From: Dictyostelium discoideum
Taxonomy: Eukaryota
Length of the DNA stretch: 64,000 nt
Assembly (NCBI GenBank): GCA_000004695.1
Contig: CM000150.2
Span: 96,001 to 160,000 of the forward strand
Direction of reading: 5' to 3'
Of the stretch, positions 46,746-57,528 are shown piece by piece (within the stretch, counting starts at the first letter, position 1; every line of letters begins with the position of its first letter). Position numbers and translations under genes: made by a program. The notes below the pieces were generated by a model, which saw only the letters and a program-made list of their open reading frames with translations, had not been told where the DNA came from and searched no databases.

Positions 46746-46775
46746 AGCGAAGAAAAAACCACCTTAAAAGCAAAT
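46746..46775 (+). mobile_element. Solo TIR terminus (ACACAGCGAAGAAAAAACCACC) abutting the ATG of the paralog
   Basis: Read directly. Confidence 0.55.
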
Positions 46776-47768
46776 TTAATCTAAAAAAAAAACAAAAAAA
46801 GTATTATTTTAGATTTCTTCAACTTCATCAATAATATCAATGCTTTCAAAACCAATCACCAGTTCTTTTAAAATAAATTGATACTACAATTAAATAATAG
46901 CTGGTAAGTTAATATAATTTTTTTTTAAAAAAAAAAAAAATTAAAAAAAAAAAAAAAATAAATAATAATAATAAAATAAAATAGATAGACTAATTTGAAA
47001 AATAATAATTATATTTTAGGTTACCTTTCTTATTATACCAACAACCACTTCTTTTCAATCAAATTGATACTTCACTTATATAATAACTGGTAAGTCAATA
47101 TAATTTTTTTTTTTTAAAAAAAAAATAATAATATAAAATAAAGAGATTAATATAATTTAAACAATTATATTTTAGGTTGTTTCTTCTTTTATTAGAACCT
47201 GTAAAGTAAATGCTTTTGGTACAAATTATAATGGAAATAAAGTTCTGCTTTTCAAATTAGTCAATTATAAATGTTGTATTACCATTAAATAAAAAAAATT
47301 TCTGATTTCAAATACTTTTACTTTTTAATTAATTCTTTTTTTTTTTTTTTTTTTTTTAAATTTATTTTAAATTATTATTATAAAATGTTATTTTTAATTT
47401 TTATTTTTAAGTATTCTTATTAAGTGAACTTTATAATTACCCTTAATAATTACCCTTATTAATTATAATTAATAATTCCACTTAATAGTTATACTTAATA
47501 ATTATACTTAATAATTTTAATTATTAATTATATTTTATTATTATACTTAATAATTATGCTTAATAAATATACTTTTTAATTATACTTAATAAATATACTT
47601 AATAAATATACTTTTTAATTATACTTATTAATTATACTTAATAAATATACTTAATAATTATACTTAATAATTATACTTAATAAATATACTTATTAAGTAT
47701 ACTTAATAATAGTACTATTTACGTTCCTACTTTAAAGATGCTTTTAAGTATTTTTTTTCGCCCCTGTG
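46776..47768 (-). mobile_element. Second TIR family, right arm (tandem ~200-bp units with GTAAGT...TTTTAG intron-like boundaries, satellite 47400-47700, terminus ending CCCCTGTG at 47768)
   Basis: Reverse complement of the 17461-18188 arm. Confidence 0.65.
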
Positions 47769-47854
47769 GAGATTAACACCCTCATTTAGGGGATGTCTTG
47801 ACCAGAACACAGGTTATCCCCTTATTTTTTCTTTTAATTCAATGGAGGAATGTC

Positions 47855-47971
47855 ATGCCATGTAAACCTTTTGATTTTGGTAACAGGACAAAACGCACTG
47901 CAGCGGTCGATAAAGCCAAGCGAGTTGCTAATCCAATTCGTCGTACTCAGTTACTGAAGAAGATTCGTTAA
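47855..47971 (+). CDS. Small basic protein (38 aa, MPCKPFDFGNRTKRTAAVDKAKRVANPIRRTQLLKKIR), paralog of 6694-6810
   Basis: SD aatGGAGGaatgtcATG; hairpin TGACTgatcggaAAGTCA after the stop. Confidence 0.5.
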   Translation: MPCKPFDFGNRTKRTAAVDKAKRVANPIRRTQLLKKIR

Positions 47972-48740
47972 TGACTGATCGGAAAGTCAGCATCGCTAGA
48001 ATGGTAGATTGTCGTTGAGATGCAGGGCGTAAAGCCCAGCTATTGGCAAAGATGTAAGCGGCTTAAGAGCCCCTAATTAGTATCCGCGGTCACGGCCGCA
48101 CATCCTAGCCTATGGGCTCACACCAATGCGTAATATGGTAGCAAAAATCATGTCAGATGAAGACATCCCAGATCATGATACCCGTACATGGTATTGTCTC
48201 CAGTATCCAATAACCTCAATCTGCCATCAAACCAAATTATAATATTTAAAAAAAAAAATTTGAATCTCAAAAATCATTTTCTAGATCTGAAAAAACCCAC
48301 TTAAATTATTATTAAATTACTATTTTTTTTAATAATTTAGTAAATAGATATTTTAAGTCATAAATTAAGCGATAAAATCTATTTTTTTGGTTAACCAGCA
48401 TAGTCTAGGTGTTTATCTATTTAATATGTTTTTTGTGGATAATAAAGCATATTTCAATCACTAATGATATTTATTAAATTTATTAAATTTGTTTATTTTT
48501 TTTTTCCGTGATGGAAAATGGTAAGACCATTAGTTCGTTCTGCATTGCCCATTACATCACCACTTCTTACATGTCAGCGTCTGGTGAAGTTACGCTGGGT
48601 GATGCAGCCGATAAAGAGACACAGTTCGCTATTAACTCGACTGGATCGATTAATATGTAAGCGCCACGTTTTGTTCTGAAGGGTATTCGGGATGAGAGAA
48701 CACCTGTTTTTGAATGCTCATGAATTATCCAGCATAGTAT

Positions 48741-48989
48741 GTGGAATTCTATAGACCCTATTACCAGAAATACGACCACGGAAGATCTTGGTTCGCAACG
48801 CGTTTGCTGAAGTGGTTCACACACAACTATCCAACAGCGGTGATTGATGTGGTTAAGTCCGTGGCCCTGGTTCTTGTTAAACATCGCGATTTGATTGGTA
48901 ACCCATCATTCATTGACACAGAGTGGTTTTTGGATGGTGAGTGTTTGCGTCATCTTAATAACGCACTGGTCATGGAAAACGAACCGGTT
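48741..48989 (+). CDS. Phage-like gene truncated by insertion of DIRS copy l
   Basis: ORF 48741-49025 reads from GC-rich sequence into the ITR. Confidence 0.35.
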
Positions 48990-51900
48990 TATTTATATTA
49001 TCATATATATATATATATATTATGAATAACATTTATTTATTTGAATTTCCCAAATATTTAAGATAATTTTTTAGAATGTTCTAGAACATTCGAAGAATAA
49101 AAAAAATTTTCCAAAGAAAAGTAAAAATTTCGACCCGGCACAATGATGCGATAATTGTGCAAGGTCGAAAAACTGAAAAATTCGGAACCGACACTATGTA
49201 CAAAGTTGTGAAGGGTCGAAAACTCTTATTTTTTTGAGTTTTGCGAAATTTTTAAGAAAATAAAAACGTATAAATAGTGGCACTAAAAACTAAAACAATT
49301 TGATTTATTTTATTTGGGAATTCCTCCTATATATATTTAAGATACACACACACACAAATTTTATACAAATATTTATTTCTCTTTATTAATTTTTTATATT
49401 ATTATTTTTCTCATATTATAATTTTAGATATCAACAATAAAATATGTCTACCACTGTTAATAATAATGATGCCTCTAGTAGTAGTGCCTCTGCCTCTAAT
49501 AGCGCTGAATCCTTTGATTTAAGAATAAAATCAATGGAGGATCAAATCAACAACCTTTCTTTAGCCTTTACAAGATTCATGAAAGAACCTATTTTCTCAT
49601 CTAATTCCAATTCACGTAGCCAACCTTCTCATGATAACTCTGACACCGAGAATGAACAAAGTGAAGATGAATCAAGTAACAATGTCGATGTTCCAACCGA
49701 TTATCAATTATCCGATACCTTACTTGGTCAGTACAAACATATGGTAAACAATCAAGGTTTACTCGTCGAAGGAATCAAGAATCTACCATCAATGGTCAAA
49801 CAAGGTTATTACATGGTAAAACTCGATATCAAGAAAGCCTACCTCCACGTTTTAGTAGATCCGCAATACAGAGACTTATTCCGCTTCGTGTGGAAAGGTT
49901 CGCACTACCGTTGGAAAACAATGCCGTTCGGGTTATCGACAGCTCATCGTATCTTTACAATGTTGTTAAGACCTGTACTTCGAATGTTGAGAGATATCAA
50001 CGTATCCGTCATCGCTTACTTGGACGATCTATTAATCGTCGGTTCAACAAAAGAAGAATGTTTATCCAACCTCAAAAAGACGATGGACTTACTTATCAAA
50101 CTAGGTTTCAAGTTAAATCTAGAAAAGAGTGTTCTCGAACCAACTCAATCAATTACGTTTCTCGGATTACAAATCGATTCAAAATCAATGAAGCTTCTTG
50201 TTCCCAAAGAAAAGAAGAAAAGTGTCATCAAGGAAATAAGAAACTTTTTAAAACTAGATTGTTGCTCCCCAAGAAAGCTTGCTGGTTTAAAAGGAAAGCT
50301 AATTGCACTGAAAGATGCAGTTATCCCATTCAGACTTTACACTCGTCGAACAAACAAGTTTCACTCTCAGTGTCTGACTCTAGCCAATGGAGATTGGGAT
50401 CAATCATTCCACATTCCTCAAGATGTCAAGTCAGAGATTTCACATTGGTTAACAGTTCTAAACCAATGGAATGGAAAAGAAATCAGTCTGTTTCCAAGTT
50501 ACGACTATGTTCTTACAACCGATGCCTCGGAATCAGGTGCAGGTGCCACACTCAAGAAAGGAAGCAAAGTAATCAAAACTTGGTCATTCCAGTGGTCAAT
50601 AACTCAATCAAACATGTCGTCAAATCGTCGAGAAATGCTCGCGCTGCTGATGGCCTATCAAGCGCTATGTCAGAAACTGAACAACTGCAAGCTGAAGATT
50701 CAAACCGACAACACTACCACTCTCTCTTACATCAATCGCCAGGGTGGTCAGATACAGGATCTCTCAGTTCTGTTCGAACAACTTTGGAAACAATGCCTCA
50801 AGAAGAAAGTGAACTTGATTGGAGAGCATATTCCAGGATTCTTCAATGTAAAAGCCGACCACCTCAGTCGTCTTTCAGAGATGAATCACAAATCATCGTC
50901 CAGAGTAATCAAGAGTTACAACTGGCAACTGAAGAAGGAAGTGTTCAATCGCATCCAACTTCAATTCGGTCAAATACAGATGGATCTGTTCGCATCTCAC
51001 TTCAACCATCAAACGAACAACTACTCAACAATCAGAATGAATGCACTCCACCTCGATTGGAGTCAATGGAAGCAATGTCTGGCCTTTCCACCACCCATTC
51101 TTTTGCCTTCTATCCTGGAGAAGATGAACTCATCCAGTTCGAAGAAGGTTTCTATAATACTGATCTTCCCAATCTGGAGATCAGCAACTTGGTATCCGAT
51201 GATTCAAGCTCAAGTTCCTCGTCATCATCGTCACATGTTTCCTCAAGTACTGGGAACATTCCAAGAAGTATTGACCAAACAATCAGTAGAGTCGATACCA
51301 ATCCAGATTCAACAACGTTGGAAGCTGGGGATTATTCAACTTTCCAATCTCATGTAATGTCCTTCGCTCGTACTACAAATACAAAAACAGCTGAGCTGTT
51401 AATGAAGTCATGGGAACCTTCAACTCTCAAAGTATATAGCTCCAGTTATACAAGATTCCGCAATTTCTGTACGTTGAACTCTTTGAATCCAGCAAACATA
51501 ACCTTAGTTGTTTTCATGGATTATCTTACACATCTGTTCAAGCACAAACCTCCGTTAGCCTTCTCAACAATTAACGGTCATCGCTCTATGTTGAATCAGT
51601 TGTTACTCCTTAGGAATCAAACTGATATTGTTAATGATCCATTCATCACAAGAATTATGACTGGTATTCACAAGTTGCGTCCTTCATCTGCAAAGTATAA
51701 AGAGATATGGGATGCAAATCAAGTATTCAAGCACTTATCTACTGTCAAAGTCATCCCTAAGTACACATACACTGCGCTATTAAACAAGACACTTGTACTC
51801 TGTAAAATGTTTGGTTTAGCAAGATCATCAGACTTGGTGAAGTGGTCGTTCAAAGGTCTCATTATTACTACTGACTCAATCAAAGGTCCAGTCATTAATG

Positions 51901-52782
51901 CTAAAGAACAAAGAAGTGGTGTTGTTTCAATATTAGAATTAACTTCGTTAGATGATACAAACTCTCAAGTGTGCCCTGTTCGCCACCTTGCAACATACCT
52001 TAGAGCCTCTAAAGGAAGAAGAAAGCCCCATTCGGGTGACCCTGTCTTTATTAAGAATGAGGGTGAACCGCTCCAAGTTAATGATATTAACTCAATTGTA
52101 CTATCAACGCTCTCAAAGTCAGGCATTGATATTGTCAAGTTCAAATCTCACTCTACCCGTTCCGCTATGGCTTCTCTGCTGTTGTCCAATAACGTTCCGT
52201 TCCACGTTGTCAAGAAGATGGGTCGTTGGAAATCAAACGATACTGTAGATTCCTTCTACGATAAAAGAATCATTGGTGAAAAATCTGGTGGTTTCTTAAA
52301 TACTGTCGTCCAAATTTCATAATATATATATATATATGATAATATAAATTAAAAATTTAATTTATTAAATTATATTTTATATTAAATATATATATATATA
52401 TTAGTCCCATCCCACCCGCCCTTAGTCGGAATTCCATAAATCAAATTGTTTTAGTTTTTATTGCCACTATTTATACGTTTTTATTTTCTTAAAAATTTCG
52501 CAAAACTCAAAAAAATAAGTGTTTTCGACCCTTCACAACTTTGTGCATAGTTTCGGTTCAGAATTTTTCAGTTTTTCGACCTTGTGCAATGATCGCGTCA
52601 TTGTGCCGGTTCGAAATTTTTACTTTTCTTTCGAAAATTTTTTTTATTCTTCGAATGTTCTAGAACATTCTAAAAAATTATCTTAAATATTTGGGAAATT
52701 CAAATAAATAAATGTTATTCATAATATATATATATATATTTAATATAAAATATAATTTAATAAATTAAATTTGTAATTAAAC
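48990..52782 (+). mobile_element. DIRS copy l: both ITRs; internal deletion fusing ORF1 in frame to RT (637-aa ORF 49444-51357); recombinase ORF 49890-52322 intact
   Basis: LLVEE|GIKNLPSMVKQ junction compared with copy b. Confidence 0.85.
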
Positions 52783-53313
52783 AGAACCCTGAGACGTATG
52801 TGGTCTACCAGAAGGTATCAAATGTAGCAAATCGCGTGCTTTAGAACAATCGCATGTATTCGGTGTGTTATGTATTCCAACGTACCATACCCGTAATCAT
52901 TCGTTTGGTTTCAAATATGTGTTGGTATCGAAGAACCTACAGCGTCTTCAACCAGGTGAGCACCTTGCGGCGGGGGACAATTTTTGCACACTCCCCTAAT
53001 TTGACAGAGGGCGGTGACTAAATACGGGTGTGAAACTAACGTGTGTTTCATGTCACTACCAGAAGTCGAACAGGATGGAATGATTGCTACGGAATCATTC
53101 GTTAATGCCATGGCGTGTGATAAGATGGAGAGTCGTTTATTGCAATGGGGTGAGAACAATGTACTTGTTAAACAACTACAAACCTTATCCAGTGATCGGG
53201 GAACAAATTCGGGATGATGGTTTTTTATTCGCAATGCGCAATATCGAATCTGATGTTGGTCTGGTCAACATGACTGCGAAAGCATTGATGGAAGTGGATG
53301 TCATCTTGGATAA

Positions 53314-53835
53314 ATGCGTGTACGGCGACCTAGTGCAACGGTAATCAACATTACCATCAAGTCCAACCGCCTGCGTACAGGTCGTTCAGAAGTTCAGTTC
53401 TATGATAAACAATCCGACCCCTATGAAAAAGCAGACCGTGACTTTCCTATCAATCTGCGTGGTGTGTATGAAACATTATTGAGTCGTCACCCACATACCT
53501 TAATGTTAGAGCCTAGTCTGAACACTTTGGTCAATAATGCCATATCTGATACCGGTGGTTTGGATCGTCGAATGAATGCCCAAACTGGTGCAATCTTGGC
53601 GATGGATAAAGGTGTTCAGATCTATAACAAGTTCCTATCGGCTACTGGCGTGCTTAGATCTCTTTTGTTAAATGCATTGTGGCAGGTGTGCGTTTCAAGA
53701 TCTCTGACAGTCATGAGGGTAAAGGTGTTATCGTTCATGTCTTTAAAGATGAAGATGCACCGACATGGCGTGCGTACAGATGTCATCGTGGATAACGCCT
53801 CTATCACTAAAACTCTATTGAACAGTTTGAGTTGA
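53314..53835 (+). CDS. Phage-like hypothetical protein (173 aa); upstream frames 53014-53344 look like frameshifted parts of the same gene
   Basis: ORF track; overlapping stop/start with the next gene. Confidence 0.35.
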   Translation: MRVRRPSATVINITIKSNRLRTGRSEVQFYDKQSDPYEKADRDFPINLRGVYETLLSRHPHTLMLEPSLNTLVNNAISDTGGLDRRMNAQTGAILAMDKGVQIYNKFLSATGVLRSLLLNALWQVCVSRSLTVMRVKVLSFMSLKMKMHRHGVRTDVIVDNASITKTLLNSLS

Positions 53836-54452
53836 TGTCCAACAGTCCTATCTATCAGTCCAAAGCAAACCGTGATCATCATGTGAGCTGGGTGATTGAA
53901 CATGAAGTAGAGCTGCTAGCGTTAACTGATCGCTTGTATTATGGGGCAGAGCAGATTCTTCGCATTAAGAAGAACCATGACTTCCCAACATATCCTGCTC
54001 GTTATCGAGCACCTTATGGGAGGTTTGTGATAACTCGTGATCCAGTAATGATTGTACCAGTGTATATCATCCTGTTGGAAAAGATGAGGGAATATTTGGT
54101 TTCCTATGCAGTGCCTAAGTTAATGCACTTCGGTACTTTATCTATTATTACTCAAGTAGACAAGTACGCCCTCCCTTGGCGTAATGTACCAACTCGTTTG
54201 GCTGGTGAGTCAGACATTCGTCTGTTCTGGCGGCTGGTACACAAACCGTCTATTATCATTGCCAATACACCGGCAATGCAGAAAGCAGTAGGTAAGTTAT
54301 TGCGTCATGAGAATCCAATGCGTATTGACAATTTGATGGATGAAAGTGTATCTCCACTAGGTCGTAATCGACCAGTGCAGATGTATAAACACATGCAAGC
54401 TTGTCGTGGTATTCGCTTTGAACGTCAATTGTTAACTGAAGGGGCCGCTTAA
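53835..54452 (+). CDS. Phage-like hypothetical protein (about 205 aa)
   Basis: ATG at 53835 overlaps the TGA of the upstream ORF. Confidence 0.4.
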   Translation: MSNSPIYQSKANRDHHVSWVIEHEVELLALTDRLYYGAEQILRIKKNHDFPTYPARYRAPYGRFVITRDPVMIVPVYIILLEKMREYLVSYAVPKLMHFGTLSIITQVDKYALPWRNVPTRLAGESDIRLFWRLVHKPSIIIANTPAMQKAVGKLLRHENPMRIDNLMDESVSPLGRNRPVQMYKHMQACRGIRFERQLLTEGAA

Positions 54453-54474
54453 AGCAGATCGGCAAGATTTGCTA

Positions 54475-55059
54475 ATGAATGGAGAGCAGATCTGGTCGTT
54501 AGATCCTCAGTGTAATAATCCTAAAGTTCAGGTTCTCGCTGAGGATAAAACTTTTGAGATGTTGGTGCGTCCTCTGATAGCCAGCTGGCCAATTCAGAAG
54601 TTCCAAGAAGGGATGGCTCTGGGTAAGCGGCATTTCTTAACAGGGTTCCGCATTTCAAACAAAGGTATCCGTAACATACTGACCGAAGGGTATCGTGACT
54701 ACGATATGATCATTGTACAACTAATGGGCACTGATCTGACCGGTGGGTTCATCGATGTAGTGAAATTTAACTCATTACAAGCCCGTACCATTAACCATAT
54801 CAACAACGCCTTTGTTGCAAGAATTCCTGAATATGTCACTACTGCAAGTATGGTTGACTATTTAGAGATTCTATTATTCGTCAAGTTCGAGCAGGTCTGG
54901 TTTAGTTCCAGAAATCTATCGGCTAGGCTTATAAGAAAGGACTGGGCCATATCAAAAACCCTGATAAATTTCCAAAGAATCAAATCGCTGAGGATATCAA
55001 ACAAGGCGGTGTTTCCGATGGCCAGACTGCTCAGGTGTTTATCTCATGTGGTTACCTAA
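54475..55059 (+). CDS. Phage-like hypothetical protein (about 194 aa)
   Basis: ORF track; ATG 23 bp after the previous stop. Confidence 0.35.
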   Translation: MNGEQIWSLDPQCNNPKVQVLAEDKTFEMLVRPLIASWPIQKFQEGMALGKRHFLTGFRISNKGIRNILTEGYRDYDMIIVQLMGTDLTGGFIDVVKFNSLQARTINHINNAFVARIPEYVTTASMVDYLEILLFVKFEQVWFSSRNLSARLIRKDWAISKTLINFQRIKSLRISNKAVFPMARLLRCLSHVVT

Positions 55060-55990
55060 CCGACCATAACTCCAGGATCTTTGTTCGTCCTGTTACGGTC
55101 AAGGTATTGGTAGCTTCTATGAAGCCTTTGTTGAATCACATTCTGCTACTGAGGCCATGATCTTTACCAAGAAACCATTGGAGGATTCAGAATGGTTTAA
55201 CCGTAAGTTACAATTGGTCGGTTAGGCCATACAGCGCGTCCATCTTGGTGAGGATTGAGGTACTCAAATTACAGTACCGGTAATAATGCGTCCAGGCTGG
55301 TCCGGTGTAATGGCGGGTAAGTATTACGTAGACGACAGTGGTCAGATGTAAGCCATTCATGAGAAAGATGAAGGTAAACTGCTGCGTATAAGGTCACTAA
55401 TGTATTGTCAGCATAAATATCGTTCGGGTGTTTATGAGCGCTGTTATGGTAAGTTGGCTATGTCGATCCCGTATTTCAACGTACTGGGCAAGATAGGGAA
55501 AAACGAAGCCATTGCTGGGCACGTGTCCGCAACAGAATTTGATGCTGCTTTATAACAGAAGATGTTGTCCACTAAACACCTGGATACTTCTTCTACGGTG
55601 GATCCGTTTATCATTCATCGTGAAGATGCAATTTATATAACGTGTGGTATTCGTGATAATACTGCTGGTTTAAACCTACGACTGAAAGGGCAGAATGTAG
55701 CCAGATGACGTAGGGATTGTGCTTGATCAGTTCTTAGAGTTACTTAACCGACTTCTACAGGTGAATATCGTTCATGCTGAAATGATTCTGTACTCGGTAA
55801 TGGTGCGTGACCCAAGCAAGTTGGATCATTGCTTACCGCGCGCTAACGAACAACGGCAGTTTAGTTCTTATCACGAATGTATCGAATTCCCCAGTCTTTT
55901 GGTGCAGTTGCTGTATCAAGAGCAAGCGGATGTTATGATGAAACCCATGACGTTCTTAATTGATAACCGTCAGTCACATCGGCAGATAGA

Positions 55991-56083
55991 TTATATTACC
56001 CATCTGTTCAAGCACAAACCTCCGTTAGCCTTCTCAACAATTAACGGTCATCGATCAATGTTGAATCAGTTGTTACTCCTTAG
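55991..56083 (+). mobile_element. ~93-bp fragment of the DIRS recombinase ORF (…HLFKHKPPLAFSTINGHRSMLNQLLLL…) embedded in phage-like island E
   Basis: Near-identity to DIRS sequence; shares the ttcaaGcac variant with the adjacent copy l. Confidence 0.7.
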
Positions 56084-56110
56084 TATCTTTGCAGACTAAG
56101 GGGTAGGGCG

Positions 56111-56506
56111 ATGCGCACTACGGCAACGCTTATCATTGGTAATCATGGATTTACGGTTAAAGACTACAATGATGAGTTCTACAGTAAGGCAAGGGCGTAC
56201 TGCGCACGTTTCGTTAAATACCGGATTGAATCTAAGGTCGTCCAAGGACGGAGATCTTTTGTCAAGGTACCAGATCGTGTATTCGGCTCAGCTTCGAAGG
56301 ACCGTAAAGAGCTACACATTAACTGTTTAGCTGAATTTAAACAATTTATGTTGAATAGTGGTTGGAACCCTGAACGGTTCAAAGAAATCACCAGGGAATT
56401 ACCTGAGGGACGAGATGTCAATTCCAATGACCACCAGGTTGCAGTACCAGTTAGAGAAAGATCCTTCTGGTATCACGACCCGAATCAATACATTGCAAAC
56501 GGGTAA
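56111..56506 (+). CDS. Phage-like hypothetical protein (131 aa)
   Basis: ORF track. Confidence 0.35.
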   Translation: MRTTATLIIGNHGFTVKDYNDEFYSKARAYCARFVKYRIESKVVQGRRSFVKVPDRVFGSASKDRKELHINCLAEFKQFMLNSGWNPERFKEITRELPEGRDVNSNDHQVAVPVRERSFWYHDPNQYIANG

Positions 56507-56615
56507 AGGAAAGACATTCTATGCCATATACAACATGTTCAAACTGCAGAAGCTCACTGGCATTATGTTAATGCCGAAGTACATCACGACTTGGCATACT
56601 GGCTTACATGACTTT

Positions 56616-57334
56616 CACAGCGAAGAAAAAACCACCTTTAAAGCAAATTTAAAGCAAATTTGATTTAAATTGGATTTAAATTGAATTTAAAGCCGCGTTT
56701 AAAAAATTCATTTTTAAGGTAATTTTTAAGGTAATTTTTAAGATATTTAAAAATGCCTTTAAAATTTGCTTTAAATTAAATTTTTAAGCAATTTTTAAGG
56801 TAATTTTTAAGGTGATTTTTAAGATAATTTTAAGATATTTTAAAAATACCTTTAAAATTTATTTTAAAGTAATTTTAAAGAAGATTAAAAGTAGATTTAA
56901 AGTGAATTTAAATTTCCTTTAAACATAAATTTAAGGTTTTTAATAAAAAAGATCTAGTTTTAGAACAAAAAAATGGTGATAAAATATTCTATCATTTTTA
57001 AATTTTTCATCAAAGCAATCAAATGGTGTAATGGTTGATGAGACTATCCTTTGATAGAGGGTCGGGGGATCGAATCCCTTTTGGTAATTTTTGAAAAAAT
57101 TAAAAAAAAAATTTAAAAAATTTATCCGTTAAATAACGGCTTCGAACTCAGGACCTCGCTTTTAAAGCGATTAAAAAGGTAATTTTAAAGGTAATTTTAA
57201 AGGTAATTTTAAAGGTAATTTTAAAGTAACCTTAAAAATTACCTTTAAAATTACCTTTAAAATTGCTTTAATTCAGGACTTTAAAGCAAATTTAAATTTA
57301 AAGCGAATTTAAAGGTGGTTTTTTCTTCGCTGTG
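56616..57334 (+). mobile_element. TIR hairpin element, complete (B-end to A-end)
   Basis: CACAGCGAAGAAAAAACCACC ... GGTGGTTTTTTCTTCGCTGTG; tRNA-like hairpin core 57020-57100. Confidence 0.75.
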
Positions 57335-57528
57335 AAAAGATAATAATTTAATAAACTTTAAATGTTTTTTGAAAAAACACATTTAGGGTCAGTGATTTTT
57401 TTTTTCACTGCGCTACTGTAGTGAAATTAAATAATAAAATTAACTACGCTACTGTAGTGAAATTTTATTGAAAATTCCCTACAACAATTTGGTTTGGTTG
57501 AGTGAAAATTTGTAATATCATCTTGTTT

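Larger units (their letters stand above)
47769..48989. other. Prokaryote/phage-like island C-prime (paralog of island C) with an AT-rich internal stretch
   Basis: Homology to 6645-6830. Confidence 0.65.
52783..56615. other. Prokaryote/phage-like island E (~3.8 kb); plus-strand gene module with TGATG stop/start overlap; 55060-55720 heavily pseudogenised
   Basis: ORFs 53314-53835, 53835-54452, 54475-55059, 56111-56506; several in-frame stops in the 55.1-55.7 kb stretch. Confidence 0.65.

Noticed and set aside
2601-56615. Dismissing the GC-rich islands as bacterial or phage contamination of the assembly
   Set aside because: Not adopted as the primary reading. The islands occur as diverged paralogs, carry copy-specific pseudogenising mutations, and are interrupted at different points by DIRS ITRs and TIR elements. 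A DIRS micro-fragment also lies inside one island. Chimeric assembly still cannot be excluded without reads.
57020-57100. Calling the element core a tRNA-Ile gene
   Set aside because: The anticodon and T arms are tRNA-like, but acceptor and D stems cannot be paired and T54 is A. Treated as a tRNA-like relic, not a gene.
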